Shown one piece after another: positions 12,467 to 24,780 of a DNA stretch of 64,000 nt (within the stretch, counting starts at the first letter, position 1; every line of letters starts with the position of its first letter). Made by a program: the position numbers and the translations under genes. Under the pieces are notes generated by a model that was not told where the DNA came from, did not search any database, and was given only the letters and a program-made list of their open reading frames with translations. The stretch is taken from positions 10,852,001 to 10,916,000 of the forward strand of contig NC_045697.1 of NCBI RefSeq assembly GCF_009834535.1, given 5' to 3'. The DNA is from Camelus ferus. Taxonomy: Eukaryota.

Positions 12467-12815
12467 ATATATTTTATATTATATGTTATACATTTATTTA
12501 TATAGTTTATATATTTATATTTATTTATATATTTAAATATTATCTTACATTTAGATATTTACATTTTATATAAAATGTAACTGTATTATATTTATACATT
12601 TACATTTATTTATATGTTTAATATTTAGATATTTATATGTTTATATAAATTTATATATTTACATTTGTATGTTTAATATTTAGATAAGTTTGTATATTAT
12701 ATATATTTATATATTAAATTACATATTTATACATAATTTATAAGTATATAATATTTATATATTCATGTTTATATATTCATATAATATCATATATTCATAT
12801 AATGAAACACATTTT
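12467..12815. repeat. AT-rich low-complexity tract (TATATT-like), continuous with 11961-12026 across the LTR
   Basis: Degenerate tatatttatattt repeats on both sides of the LTR. Confidence 0.85.
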
Positions 12816-12947
12816 TATAGGATGATTTTATTCCTAAGACCTCCCTTGAAATTCTTGATTTTGACAAGATTGAGGTAACCTAAATTTGCAGCCTTCCTAG
12901 CTGTCATTCTCTTTTCCATCAGTCTTTGGGATTTTTGAATGACAAAA

Positions 12948-13260
12948 TTTTTTTTTTTAATTGAGTTATAGTAAGTTTACAATGTTGTGTCAATTTCCAG
13001 TGTAGAGCACAATTTTTCAGTTATACATGAACATACATATATTCATTGTTGCATTCTTTTTCGCTGTGAGCTACCACCAGATCCTGTATATATTTCCCTG
13101 TGCTATACAGTATAATCTTGTTTATCTATTCTACATATGCCTGTCAGTATCTACAAATTACGAACTCCCAGTCTGTCCCTTCCCACCTCCTTTCCCTCTG
13201 GCAACCACAAGTTTGTGTTCTATGTCTGAGTCTGTTTCTGTTTTGTATTTATATTCATGT
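12948..13260 (-). mobile_element. Lineage-young L1 3' end (camelid-type)
   Basis: Poly-T followed by tttacaatgttgtgtcaatttccagtgtagagcacaatttttcagttatacatgaacata, nearly identical to 33785-33845. Confidence 0.85.
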
Positions 13261-15912
13261 TTTTTTTGGTATGATTTAGGACTTTTTTTTTAGTATGATT
13301 TAGGATTGCTTTTATGGTGCCTGAGAATTCTGACATCATGACATCCTGGTGTAAGAAGAGCTGGCTGGCCGGCACTCAGGAAGGTCACTTTACTCCCATG
13401 ACCTAAGCTAGGTGGCCTTTAGAAAATGATTTTAATTATCCTGAGCCTCCATTTTCATATCTATATAATGGGAGGGTTGAGATGGCTCAATGGTAGTGAC
13501 TATTTTTTTTTTTCAATATAAGATCTGAAACTCATTTTGTCTCTTCCCTTGAATCTCTTTCAGTTCAGGGATTCAACCTTGTAGGTGCCTACTCCTGTAT
13601 GATTATTTCCCTAGCTCTTCCCACTTCTGGTACATTTTCATGCGGTAAATCTCCCAGCTCAAAAGTTACCTCTTCAGGGAGGACTTCTGGGAGAACTCGA
13701 TCTAAGTCATCCGGTACCCTGAATTACCTTGTTTGTATATATAATGTTACTTTTTTTTTTTTTTTTCTGTTTCCCCATGAGGGCTGGGGTCTTGTGCGTC
13801 TTGTTCCCAGCTCCTAAGCCTGAAGAGCATCTGACACACAAGTGCTCAACACATATGTTCAAATAAATGGAGGGCTGTGGCAGAGGATGGCTTTGATATT
13901 TTCAGTTAGTCCTGAGACAATGTAGGTTTGAAATTGCTGTAATTTTTGTCTTTTAACATTAGCTTTAATTTCAGTAGAGGGTGGTATTTACAAGCTTGGA
14001 CTTGAGTAAAATCTTGATTCTCATTCCAGTACTAATACTTACTGATATGTGTCATTAATTTGACCTCTTTGTTTCTCTTCCTGTCCAATCAGCCATCAAC
14101 TATATTCAGTAGACATTACTAAAAGGCTTTGTGTGAAGACAGAATGAAATAATCCATTTGGACACAGGCAGATAGAAAGCACTAAATATTTACCACCACA
14201 CCACCACCACCAGCACCACCATCACCACAACTGCATGAAGGCTGTTAGTATCACTGATAAAATGTTGCTACGTTAAAATTAGGTATAACCAGAAGAGAGA
14301 CAAGCCTAGCAGCCAAGGGCTTGAAGAAGAAAATACTTTAGAAGATTCTAAATTATTGTGGATATTTTTCTTTGAAAATATTCTGTATGATTCATGAATA
14401 TGAAAGCAGCTTAGACAAGATAATCGACAAACAATTTCAATGGAATTAACATTCAGAGAAATAGTCCAATTCTACTTGTTATTGTCCTAAATTTATGTGA
14501 AAAGTGAGTATATATAGAAATTTGTAGCCATAGCCTGAAGTCTTTCCAGCAGTTCCTTTATATCTTTGAAATTAGATCAAAGTAAAAAAAAATAAATGAA
14601 TAACTTGAACATTCATAAAATTAACCTCCTTCCGTGCATACCTCACTATGATAGATTTTAACATCTTTCTGTTCCAACTATAGAGATGAGAGATGTGAAG
14701 AGAGTGTGATGGCTTTTGTATTCTTGTCAATCTGGCACGAGGTCTCCTGGTTTCTGCCTGTGGGATCCCTGGAATCTGACATGGGAGCAAAGCTGTGTGA
14801 CGTGTGAGCAGCGTATCCAGCTGCCTTCCAGCTGGAGTGGAGCCCTGGACACAGAGGACCCAGTGACCATCTCTGTTGGAGAAGTCATTGGAAGAGTCAC
14901 TGCTGTGATTCCTTGTGTCAAATGATCAGTGATTCACGGTTCACCCCATCAGGGTTTGAGGGACAAGAAAGATGCTAGGATCACTCATGTACAAGTCTTA
15001 TATTAATATATTGAAGACCAGGAGCAGCTATTTCCTTTGGTCTCTCAGAGAAAGTTCTGTGTTCTTAGAGACCTACTGTGCACAGCAAAGAACATAGCCA
15101 ATCAGCAAATATTTCTTGCACACTTACTTGCCACGTGACATGCTATGATGACAAAAAAATCCCTTGTCATAACCTCTCTGAACTTAAAAGCACCCAGGAG
15201 TGCCCTTCCTGGAGAGATTTTCCAATGATTAAATACGATTCTAAGCCAGGGCTTAGTGTAAGTGTTGGGTTTATTCGAAACCATCTATCGTTCTTAAATG
15301 GTGTCACAAAGTTGTCACTTTTGACTTTTCATTTTTCAAATCAGCTCCCACAGGGGTTTGTTCACCTCTCAAAAAATTGGCTCCTGAAATGTAATCCCCT
15401 GGTGGCAGCTTTCTAGGGTCACATGGCTCAAGTATTACAGCAGAAATCACAGGCACGCTGCTCCGAGATAAGAGACTAGCATCTCGTGCTTTTTTTTTTT
15501 TTAAATCCAAATGAGTTCTCTTTGGTGAAAGAGAAAAGCATGTGCAAATCGCAAGCAAACCTTACAAAGTTCGTATTTCAGAGCCAATCATTTCTTAAAG
15601 AAAATTTTTATTTTCCCAGGAAAAAGAAACCTGTAACATAAAAACGGTAACTTTTTCTTCTGCTACTTGGCGTGTATTATTAGTAGAAATTACAGTCTTT
15701 TTTTCTAGCAAGATCACGGGCTCTAAACAGCAATAACCCAGAGTTCTACAGCTTTGGCAATGGCTTATCCAACTTCGCGCCCTTCCTACAGAAAAGAAAA
15801 AAGGGCAAAAGCAGACGCTATACAACCTCAGAAGCACAGGACACTTTGGGAGAAACAGTTGCAATTCTTGCCCCAGACAAACAGCTGATTAAATGGTAGG
15901 AAAAAGACGCAC

Positions 15913-16921
15913 TGTTTAGAACACCTTCACTTCTCCTGTGTGTCCCCTTAACTCTCACCCTGCTACCACACTCACAACACTTCCCACACCAGAAGTGTGG
16001 ATTTTTTTGTCTCCCACACCAAGCATTTCTGTGACACCAGCTGGGTGTCCTACAGTTTAACTCGATTCTGACGCCACCTAGAGACAGCGTCAGATGCCCC
16101 AGGTTAAGGGCTCAGTCCCAGAACACAGCCCAGATGCCAATCATCAGCCCAGGTTGTCACCTGTGCTTCTGACTATAAATCAAAACTCCTTGGGTTTGAT
16201 TAATTTACTAGAGTGGCTCACAGGACTCAGGAAAACAGTTTGCCAGTTTACTATAAAAGGATATAAGGAAGGCTACAGATGAACACTCAGATGGAAGAGA
16301 TGTGTAGGGCAAGGTACATGGGAAGAAGCACGAAGATTCATGCCCTCTCAGGCACATCACTCTCCCAGCACCTCCTCATTTTTGCCAACCCAGAAGCTCT
16401 CTGTGCCCCACAATACTGGGATTTTTATGGAGGCTTCTTCACGTAGGCATAATCAGTGATTGACTCCATTTCCAGGCCCTCTCTGAGGTCTCTGGAGACC
16501 AGGGGGCAGGGGTGGGGTGGGGCTGAAAATGACAAACTTCTTATCATGAAGTGGTCTTTCTGGTGACAGCTCGTATTCAGGAGCCGTCCAGGCGCCCACC
16601 CAGAGTTGCCTCATTAGAACAAAAGACATTCCAGTCATCCAAGAAATTCCAAGGGATTTAGTGGTAAATTCCGAGAATTTATCCAATATTTATATGCCCA
16701 TGCATGAGGAATGCTGTATATACAAGGTTATTCTTTGCATCATTGTAATTGCAGGAGATCAGAAGCAAGCTAAGTGTTTATCAGGAAGCAGAATTGAAAC
16801 CAGATGTTAAAACAAAGATGCTCCTGGTTCTCTTATCGCTTAGGAAATTGCAAAAGTTTTAGAAGGTCTGTGCCAGGAACCAGGGGCAGAGATCAATATA
16901 TATATTTTCTACTATTTCACA
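15913..16921 (-). mobile_element. MER21-like LTR
   Basis: Contains ccaggttgtcacctgtgcttctgac, the exact reverse complement of 39343-39367 in the plus-strand MER21-like copy. Ends ...tttctactatttcaca. Confidence 0.75.
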
Positions 16922-16924
16922 CCC

Positions 16925-17560
16925 ACAATCTGAAGAAAAATGGGCAAAGGGTGTGGACAGATAAAAAAAAAGATAACAGTGGAAATAGAAAACATATGAA
17001 AAGTTTTTCCACTGACTCATAGAAACAGAAATGCAATGTAAAACCAGCCAGAATTGTCATTATTTACCTACTAAAATGGCAAAACCCCAAAATTTGGATA
17101 TTATTGGAGTCATAGGAAAGGAGGTATTTTTATATGTACCTGACAGCAGTGCAAATTTGTACAACTCTACAGTGGGCGGTTTGGAAGCAGTTGTGAAACT
17201 TACAAATGCAAGCATCCTTTGACCTGGCACTTGTATGAATTTATCCAATATTTATACTCCTATGCATGAGGACTGCTGTACATACAAGTTTACTCTTTGC
17301 ATCATTGTTTGTAATTGCAGGAGATCAGAAACAAGCTAAGTGTTCATCAGGATGGGACTGTTAAATAAACTTTTATTCATCTATGCAATGAAGAGGTCTT
17401 TCACATATGTTTCTAGGAAGATTGCTAAGATGTGTTAGATGAAAAAACAGAGTGTATAGTATGCTACCATTTGTGTAATAAAAGGGATAAAATGTATATG
17501 TTTGTATTGTATGTAGATAGATAGGTTTTTTTTTTGTAAAAAATATGAATGAAATATCTA
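16925..17560 (+). mobile_element. Ancient L1 (L1ME-like) ORF2 end and 3' UTR
   Basis: aaaatgggcaaaggg ... aaacatatgaaaag ... ttgcatcattgtttgtaattgcagg. Confidence 0.65.
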
Positions 17561-18089
17561 TGGGATGAGGAACTTACTCCATAAGTAATGGGGAAGAAGG
17601 AGGAGAAATTATTCTGTTACCAGGCACAGTGTGGTATCATAGAAGGAAGTACAAGGGACCCAGAAGTAAGAATGTATCTTTCTAGGAGCTGGTAAAAGGA
17701 GGAGGTATATCTTGATCCATGAATGGCAGGTCTCCAGGGAATGACGCAAGAAAGGGGTCACTCCAGGTGGAAGAAATTTTCAAAGCCTTCAAAGAAGCTG
17801 ATGTGACATTTGTTGCCCAATAAGAAAAGAATTTCAGGCCACAGTTTCAGGTGTCCTGGAAGGAAATGGCAAGAGATGGGTCAGATAAGGCTGATTCTAA
17901 GTCAAGGGAGCAAGATGGGTGAAGATGCTCGGGTGGGAAGGAGATAATGTGACTGACACCAGCTTCACCGTGACAGAACTTTTGCTGTGAACCATCAGAA
18001 ATGCAATTGAAACAGCAAGAAAAAGATTTACACAAACCGAGTTAGCTTCACTACCCTCATCCTTTCTCAAAAGCCTGGATGAGAACAGC

Positions 18090-18585
18090 AGCTTGGTTCC
18101 CGGTCCTGCCGCACCCAGCACATCCTTCACCACGCTGATGGTGCAATTCCTAATGCCCAGATCAAGCTGTGTCCACCACTGGCTTGAAACCCTTTGAAGC
18201 TGCTCTCTGGCTCTCAGAATCAGGTTTGGACTCCTTATGTGGCCCATAAGACCTGTGATCAGTCCTGGCCTCATCTCTCCCCAGCCCTGTCTTCCTGAAC
18301 TTGATCCTCCAACTTTCCTGTACCACTTGAGTCTGGCCCACAAGCCTGTGCAATTCCACGCCTCTCTGCTTTTCCTCTGCTGAGGACGCTCCGTCCTCCC
18401 TTCCTTCTAACCCGCCCAACATGTGAGACATAGCTCAGAGCTCATCTCTTTTGGGCAGCCTTTGGTCTTTTGCCTTCACCCGTTGCCACAGAGGGACCGC
18501 CTTGTATCATCTCTGCATCACCTGTGCTTAAAGGGGGAGGCTGTATCTCCTGTTAGGCACCTTGAGATATTCATTGAAATTAAGT
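18090..18585 (+). mobile_element. L2 LINE 3' fragment
   Basis: Pyrimidine-rich L2-type text (ccttatgtggcccataagacctgtgatcagtcctggcc ... ctttcctctgctgaggacgctc). Confidence 0.5.
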
Positions 18586-19489
18586 AATTAACTATACAAC
18601 ATACAAAATATTTTATATTATATGTAACACCCAAACCTAGTCATAATATTGGCAGTGATGGCAACATACATTTGCAAGCTTTTCAGTGTTACAGAGAGCT
18701 TTGGCATATTTTTAAGCTCTATTCCTTACTTCATTCTTCATTATCAAAGAGCATCATTATTTACCGATGCTCCCACTTAAACAAAGAACTTGCTGCTTAC
18801 TGGATTAGCTGAAATGTTCCACCCCTTTGATGAATTTGACCTATAATTTGATTATGTAAGAAAACATCTCAGCAGGGGCTCCCTGAAGAAACAGGAAAGA
18901 GCAGAGGAGATGAGAACAGAAACAGTTGATGGTAAGGAACTCAGCAGGGCTCAGGGAGGGGGCGGTGTTGTTAATAAAAAAAGAAGAAAGAAGATTTTCA
19001 TCTAAAATGAGAAGAGAGAGGAGAAAAAAACAGCTGCATCTCAACAAGATACTATGATTTGCTTCCATTTATGGGCATAATGGGGAAAAAATCACTTGAA
19101 CATTGGGGTTAAAATTGGGTTGAATTGAAAAGAAATCCAGCTGGATAAAAGTGGCAGATCTGAACTGAAATGTAAGGTATCCTTGAAATGACATTAGAAA
19201 TGTGAGGAAAATGGCTGTACTTTCGGTTGGGTGATTGCTCTGTGACCCAGAGGAAACTGAGGTTTATAGTCATTGAAACTTCGCTGGTTTCCAGCCTATT
19301 AGAGTTCACAGAGACCTTGGTCTCACTCTGCACAAAGTAAGTGGAAGGCTGAGCTGGCACTCCTTGCCGATCTGTGGAAGTGGATGCCCGTGCTTCTGTG
19401 CTAGTATTTCTCAATCCCAGTTAGGCAGTGAATCGGTATAAGCTGAAGCCCCAATCTACCCGCACCACCACGCGGTCACTCAAAGTGTC

Positions 19490-19860
19490 TTTACTCGCTC
19501 AGCGAGTGGTACCACCATTCCTCATCCATCCAACACAGACACCTAGGCGTCAGCCCTCGTCCCTCCTTTTCTCTCAACCTCCTTGTCCAGTCCATCAGCA
19601 AGTGCTGTCAATTTTACCTCCTAACTATGCCTCTAGTCTGATGCTTCTCTTGCTCTCCACTCCCAGACCACTAGTCCAAGCCTCCGACACATTTGTACAT
19701 CCTAATTGGCCTCTCTGCTTCTCCTCATGTCTTTTCCATACCCAGTTTCCTAACAGCAGCCAGAAGGAGCTCTTAGAACGGAAGCTGGATCCTCAGTGGC
19801 AGGAGAACCAAGCCTCTTTCCTTGGCATAACCAGCCCTACATCATGAGGTTCATGCCTTC
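19490..19860 (+). mobile_element. L2 LINE fragment
   Basis: gtccagtccatcagcaagtgctgtcaattttacctcctaa ... accactagtccaagcctcc. Confidence 0.6.
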
Positions 19861-20489
19861 CACTCCAAACCCTCTCCTCTCTTCTCCCTCCCATCTAGTA
19901 CCCAGTAGCCCCAGTGTTTGCTCAGGGTTCTCATCTGGCTGTGCAAGCTCTATCCCTCATTGGCCATTGGGGTCCCCAAGACTTCCTCACTGAACCTCAC
20001 ATGGGTTCCCAAAGCCCTGAGGTCCACTTACATACAATCCTGGGGTATCCAAACTTGACCTCCAATGTCCTGACCTCCCTAGACGCCCAGATGTGGTTAT
20101 CTCTTCCTGAAACAGCTCTCTCTCCCCTTCCACCTTCTCTTTGCTGGACTGGTAAAGAGAGGCAAATCTAGAGGTCCCATTTCCTTCGTCCTTTCAGAGG
20201 TTTAGCAAGCAGCTGGCATAGGAGGTGTGTGTTCCTTTCTCTTCAACACCTGCTGTGGTGGTTCTGGTCCAGCTTTGCCTGTGGGATAATAATGCTGGGC
20301 GACTGTGTGCCCTGGGCAACTTCTCCATGTTTAAGCTTCACCCCCGGAAGCCCATGGCACATCTGACAAAGCATGGCACTCGTGTGTGCCTGATAACGGA
20401 CCTCATCGCATTCTCATCACAAGAATATAAGCTCCATGAGGGCAGGGAGCCCGCGGGCACCTTCACCTCCATCTCCTCCCCACCTCCTC

Positions 20490-20700
20490 GCATGGCGGTC
20501 TGGAGCACCAGCTCTGGCACCCAGCAGCCTGTGCAGAATCTTAGCACTGAAACTGACCAGCTGTGTCAATCTGAGAAAGTTACTCAAATCTTTGTGTCCC
20601 CTTTCCTCCTCTGTAAAATTGGAAAAATAACAGGTTTGTGAGGAGTAAACAGGTTAATGCTCATCACTTAGGACAGTGCCAGGCACTTGGAAGTTCCCAT
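20490..20700 (+). mobile_element. MIR SINE
   Basis: accagctgtgtcaatctgagaaagttactcaaatctttgtgtcccctttcctcctctgtaaaattgg ... ttaggacagtgccaggcac. Confidence 0.65.
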
Positions 20701-21229
20701 GTAAGTCTGGATGGGCCTTTTTATGATAGATGTTCAATCAACATAGGTTAGAAGAATGAATGAGTGGACTATGTAGGTATCAGCTCAAACATCGCTTCTC
20801 CAGTGAGGCCTGCCCTGAAATCCCAGCTAAAGTGGGGTCTTCTCTATAAGGTCACGTTATCACAATTTGTTCTTTTCTCCTTGGTGTCTTACTCCCAGGG
20901 TCTCTCTCTCTGGCTGGACGTGAACACTCCAAAGGCCAGCCCCTCTTTGCTTCACTGGAGCCCCTTTCACGCAGGGCCCAGCACATTGTGTTGTCCAAGG
21001 TTAAGTGCTTAGTGAAAGAAATGCAGTGCAAAGTCCACTTGATTGTGTGTTTCAGAAATGCAGAATTTTGGAGGCCAAGGTTGGATACCCTGGCATTAGA
21101 TGACACAGACCACAAGGCTTTGGCGAATCCAGGTACAGATGGATAAACGTTCTGGGGACTCACATACCGATGATTAATAGAACTGATACATTTGAATGTC
21201 CATGCATCCACTTTTCAAATCAGAACAGC

Positions 21230-21440
21230 ATCATATGTGGCTAAGGTTATGGTTTTTGGAGTCAGAACTGGTTGCCAATCTTGGCTCTGCCACCTAGTGG
21301 CCGTGTGAGCTAAGGCAAATGCCTCAGCACTTTGGAGCCTCAGCTTCTCTGTGTAATGGGAATGATGACTATTTATCTCACAGGGTTGTTGTAATAGTTA
21401 AATGAAAGAATGCATGTAACTTGTTTAGGATATATAGCAT
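21230..21440 (+). mobile_element. MIR SINE
   Basis: ggttatggtttttggagtcagaactgg ... ggctctgccacctagtggccgtgtgagc ... ctcacagggttgttg. Confidence 0.75.
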
Positions 21441-21517
21441 TGAATTCTTACTTCGACCTCAGCTTCCCTCTGGGTCTGCACTAAACTGAAGAGAAAGGAA
21501 TAAAACAGAAAAAGAGA

Positions 21518-21651
21518 CTGTAATAAACTATAATGGTAAAGAATCTGAAAAAGAACACGCACACACACACACACACACATAACTCAGTCACTTTGCTACA
21601 GACCTCTGAAACTAAGATAACATTGTAAATCAACTATATTTCAATTAAAAA
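21518..21651 (+). mobile_element. L1 3' terminal fragment (cetartiodactyl type) with internal (CA)n
   Basis: ataactcagtcactttgctacagacctctgaaactaagataacattgtaaatcaactatatttcaattaaaaa, homologous to 42330-42400. Confidence 0.75.
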
Positions 21652-21719
21652 TGTGATTTTTCCTCATACATAACAAAAGATGCAAAAAAATGAAAAAAAA
21701 AAAAAAAAAAAAGAGAGAG

Positions 21720-23330
21720 CGAGAGGAAGAAAGGCAGATGTGGGAGGGGAGGAAACAGTGTATGAGAACTAGCAGCAAGCTGCCAGAGTGCGTGGAGGGC
21801 AGATGACACACGGGGAAGAGGAAGCAGCACCCAGCTGCGCACAGAGCGGGATGAGGGTGCAGAGCAAAGCCTGCGTTTACTCCACGAACCCAGGAAAATC
21901 TAGGGACTTGGAAGCACCACGAACTGCTGAAGGCCAGAGGCGGGGACAGTGCCTGAACACACAGGAACTGAGTGAAAGTCTGACACTGAGCAGTAAGACC
22001 TTAGGCCTTCACCTTTTGTTCTTAGGAGACATCCCCACCCCTCTTCTCCAGGGGCCTGGAGGCTCAATCTCAGGCTGTGAGGATGCCCGTCAGAGAGGGG
22101 TGGAGTGGAGTGGAGGAGTGGGGCATTGGGTTGAAATAAGTGTCATTTAATGAAAATCTACAGACTGAATGTTGAGACACTGCAGCTTGCCTGCAGTCCC
22201 TTCTCCCTGACTTGCTTCCAGAACTTCAGCAGACAGGAATGTTCCAGTTTTCCCGCACTTCCACCAACACACACACATCACAAGATTCTTTGGAGAAACG
22301 GAATTGCTCAAGAGAAAACAGATATCTACACCGTGACCATGTAGTATCTCCCCAATGGAAAACTCAGTTTGCCTCTAATCTACTTGGGTGAGGCTCACCA
22401 GCACAGAGCTTCCACTGTGTCCCAGGGCCTCCTTCTCAAATATGAAGCATCTCTGGGTACTTGAAAAATTTGAGAAAGATGCCAGCATGAAAGACAGAGA
22501 TAAAGGCAAAGGAACTCCAGAAGAATAACAGAGACAATGAAAGAACATTTAGACATTCTATTGTTGATATCTTTAGGGATATAAAGCAAGATACTGAATT
22601 CACAAAAAAGAATAGGATGACATAAAGGAGCAATGAGAAAAAAATAGCTCTTTGATTTTAAAAATGTAATAATTGCAATAAAAAATTAAATAGGAAGATT
22701 GGTAGAAATGCTAAGATAGTCTTTTAAAAACTGGAGCTAAAATCAAAGAATAGAAAGACACTATTGTTTAGACTGAGGGCCCCCCACCCCCACATCCACG
22801 TCACGGTGAATGAGAAGAGACCCACACAAGACACATTATTAAGAGATTTTTGACGACCAGTGAGAATGAGAAGAATCAAGGTTTTGAGATGAAAAACAAG
22901 TCAATACAAATAAATTAAGTTCAGAATGGCATTAGAAAATAGAATAGTGACGTAGTGTACAAGAGGACAGAGCAATGTCTTCAAAATTCTGAAAGAAAAT
23001 TATTTTCAACATGTAATTCTCTATTAAGATATCTTCCAGTCATCCCTAGATGTAAACTAAAGCCATTCTCAGAAGGGAAGGGATTAAGAAGTTTTATCTC
23101 CCATAGACGCATTCTTATGAAGGTATTGGAAGATGTATTTTAGCAAAAAGAGGAGTAAACCAAGAAATAGGCCAACATGGGGTCCAGGGAACAGAGTCCA
23201 ACAGAGAGTCAGGGACAGGAAGCTGCAGGTCACAGCAGTCCTGTCCTAGATGGTCATCTAGTCTGCCCTAAGTTTCCAGCCATGGCTCAGGGAGTAGGAA
23301 GCCAGGCAGGGTCCAGGAGACTCTAAGAGT
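21720..23330 (+). mobile_element. HAL1-like / ancient L1 5' UTR plus ORF1 remnant
   Basis: ORF1-type text aagagacccacacaagacacattatt and agagcaatgtcttcaaaattctgaaagaaaattatttt, followed by a HAL1-like 3' part (gaggagtaaaccaagaaataggccaacatggggtccagg). Confidence 0.55.
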
Positions 23331-23419
23331 TGAAGGAACAGAGCTGGGAGTCCTGGGAAGCCCAGGCAATCAAGGTTCTCTGGGTAGATTACCAAAGAGG
23401 AAAGCGCTGTGCACAGAGA

Positions 23420-23995
23420 GCTGTCGGGGAGTTACAGAGGGTCTCCCTTGAGTACCCAGTTGTGTAGCGACCAGTGCAGGCCTGTGAGGAAAGCCTTCCC
23501 GATCAGGGAGAGAACCACCCAAAACGGTCAGAGGCAATAGTGCCCAGAACTTACACGGAGGTGGGAATGGTGCCTGTTCCCAATAGCCAAAGCGGAAAAC
23601 CTCATAATTCACAAGGCATTTGTGAATAACAGTTTTGCCACAATAGTGGGGAAAGCTAATCCTGTTTGTCACCCAATCAAAAACCTGTCAGGTACGCAAA
23701 GAAGCAAGAAAATGTGACCCACAATTAGGAGAGACGTCAATCAACTGAAACGGGTCCAGAAATAGCACAGCTGGTTGGATTAGTATATAAAACATTAAAA
23801 GTTATTACATCTGTATAGCATTTGTTTAAGAGGCCATAGAAAAGACTGAACCTGGTTAGGTACAGCCATAGAAGAGATTTTTAGAAAACCCAAATCAAAA
23901 TTCTAGAGGTAAAAATTACAATGTCTGACATGAAAAACACCCCGGGTAGGACTGACAGTAGATTAGATATTGTATCAACTGTACTCAAGATTACC
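23420..23995 (+). mobile_element. Ancient L1 5' UTR / ORF1 start fragment
   Basis: gaagcaagaaaatgtgacccacaattagg ... aaatcaaaattctagaggtaaaaattacaatgtctgac ... acagtagattagat. Confidence 0.6.
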
Positions 23996-24349
23996 TTGAT
24001 TATGTAATAGCAACAAGATAATTTTAAAATCCTGGAGGAAGCAGTTCTCCTATCTTCATTCTCATTTATAATCAACACTGGACTCTCCTATTGACAGTGC
24101 CTGTAAGTTAATTAAAAAATAACTTGGCATCGATGTTAAGAAACCTGGCACGTTCTTCATTAAAATAGACTCTTTTCAGGCCATAGGGATAAATGCTTCC
24201 TGTTTAATGATACTAAGTGGTTGGCTCATTAAATTGTCATGAATAAATCCCCCTTTCCAAACACAGGCACACCGTGTTTTTAACCTTTTGTGCTACAGAC
24301 AAGAGAGTCCTAGTGGGAAGGACTCAGGATTTGGAGGCCTGATTTTCAA

Positions 24350-24780
24350 TAACGTTCACCAAATACTTGTTGAGTGCGTTCTGTGTTCCTGGCATGGTCT
24401 GAGGTTCTGGGGACCAACTGGTGAACAAGACATGGCACCCATCTCATGAAGGTCAAAATCTAACGGCAGGAGACAGACTGGAAAACTTGCTGTTCTGACA
24501 CAGTGTGATAAGGATTTGATGGGACAGTAGAGGTGCTGCTGGGAGCACCCAGGAAGGCATCTGTTCAGGTTAGGAAGCCAGAGTCTCCTCTGGGATCCGA
24601 ACAATGAACAGGGGTTGATCCAGTGAAGACGTAGAGGAAGATGATTCCTGGGAGAGGGGCCAAGCATAGGTTCACAGTCAAGAAAAGATAGGCATCTTTG
24701 GGAAACTACAAGAAATTCAGTGTGGTTAGAAAGTTTGAGGACTGGACTTGGTGAGAGATAAGCCTGGGGAGGTTCAGTTT
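24350..24780 (-). mobile_element. L2 LINE 3' end
   Basis: ttcaccaaatacttgttgagtgcgttctgtgttcctggcatggtctgagg ... gaacaagacatggcacccatctcatgaag. Confidence 0.75.

Noticed and set aside
14192..14231. (CAC)n tract resembling poly-His/Thr codons
   Set aside because: Simple repeat at the tail of a MIR-like fragment, not in an ORF.
14716..14925. Overlapping ORFs on both strands in unique sequence
   Set aside because: Short, no recognisable homology, and a length expected by chance.
17897..18343. Longest ORF in the track (148 aa), and similarly 19428-19847 and 20225-20641
   Set aside because: They overlap decayed L2/MIR sequence and show no domain similarity.
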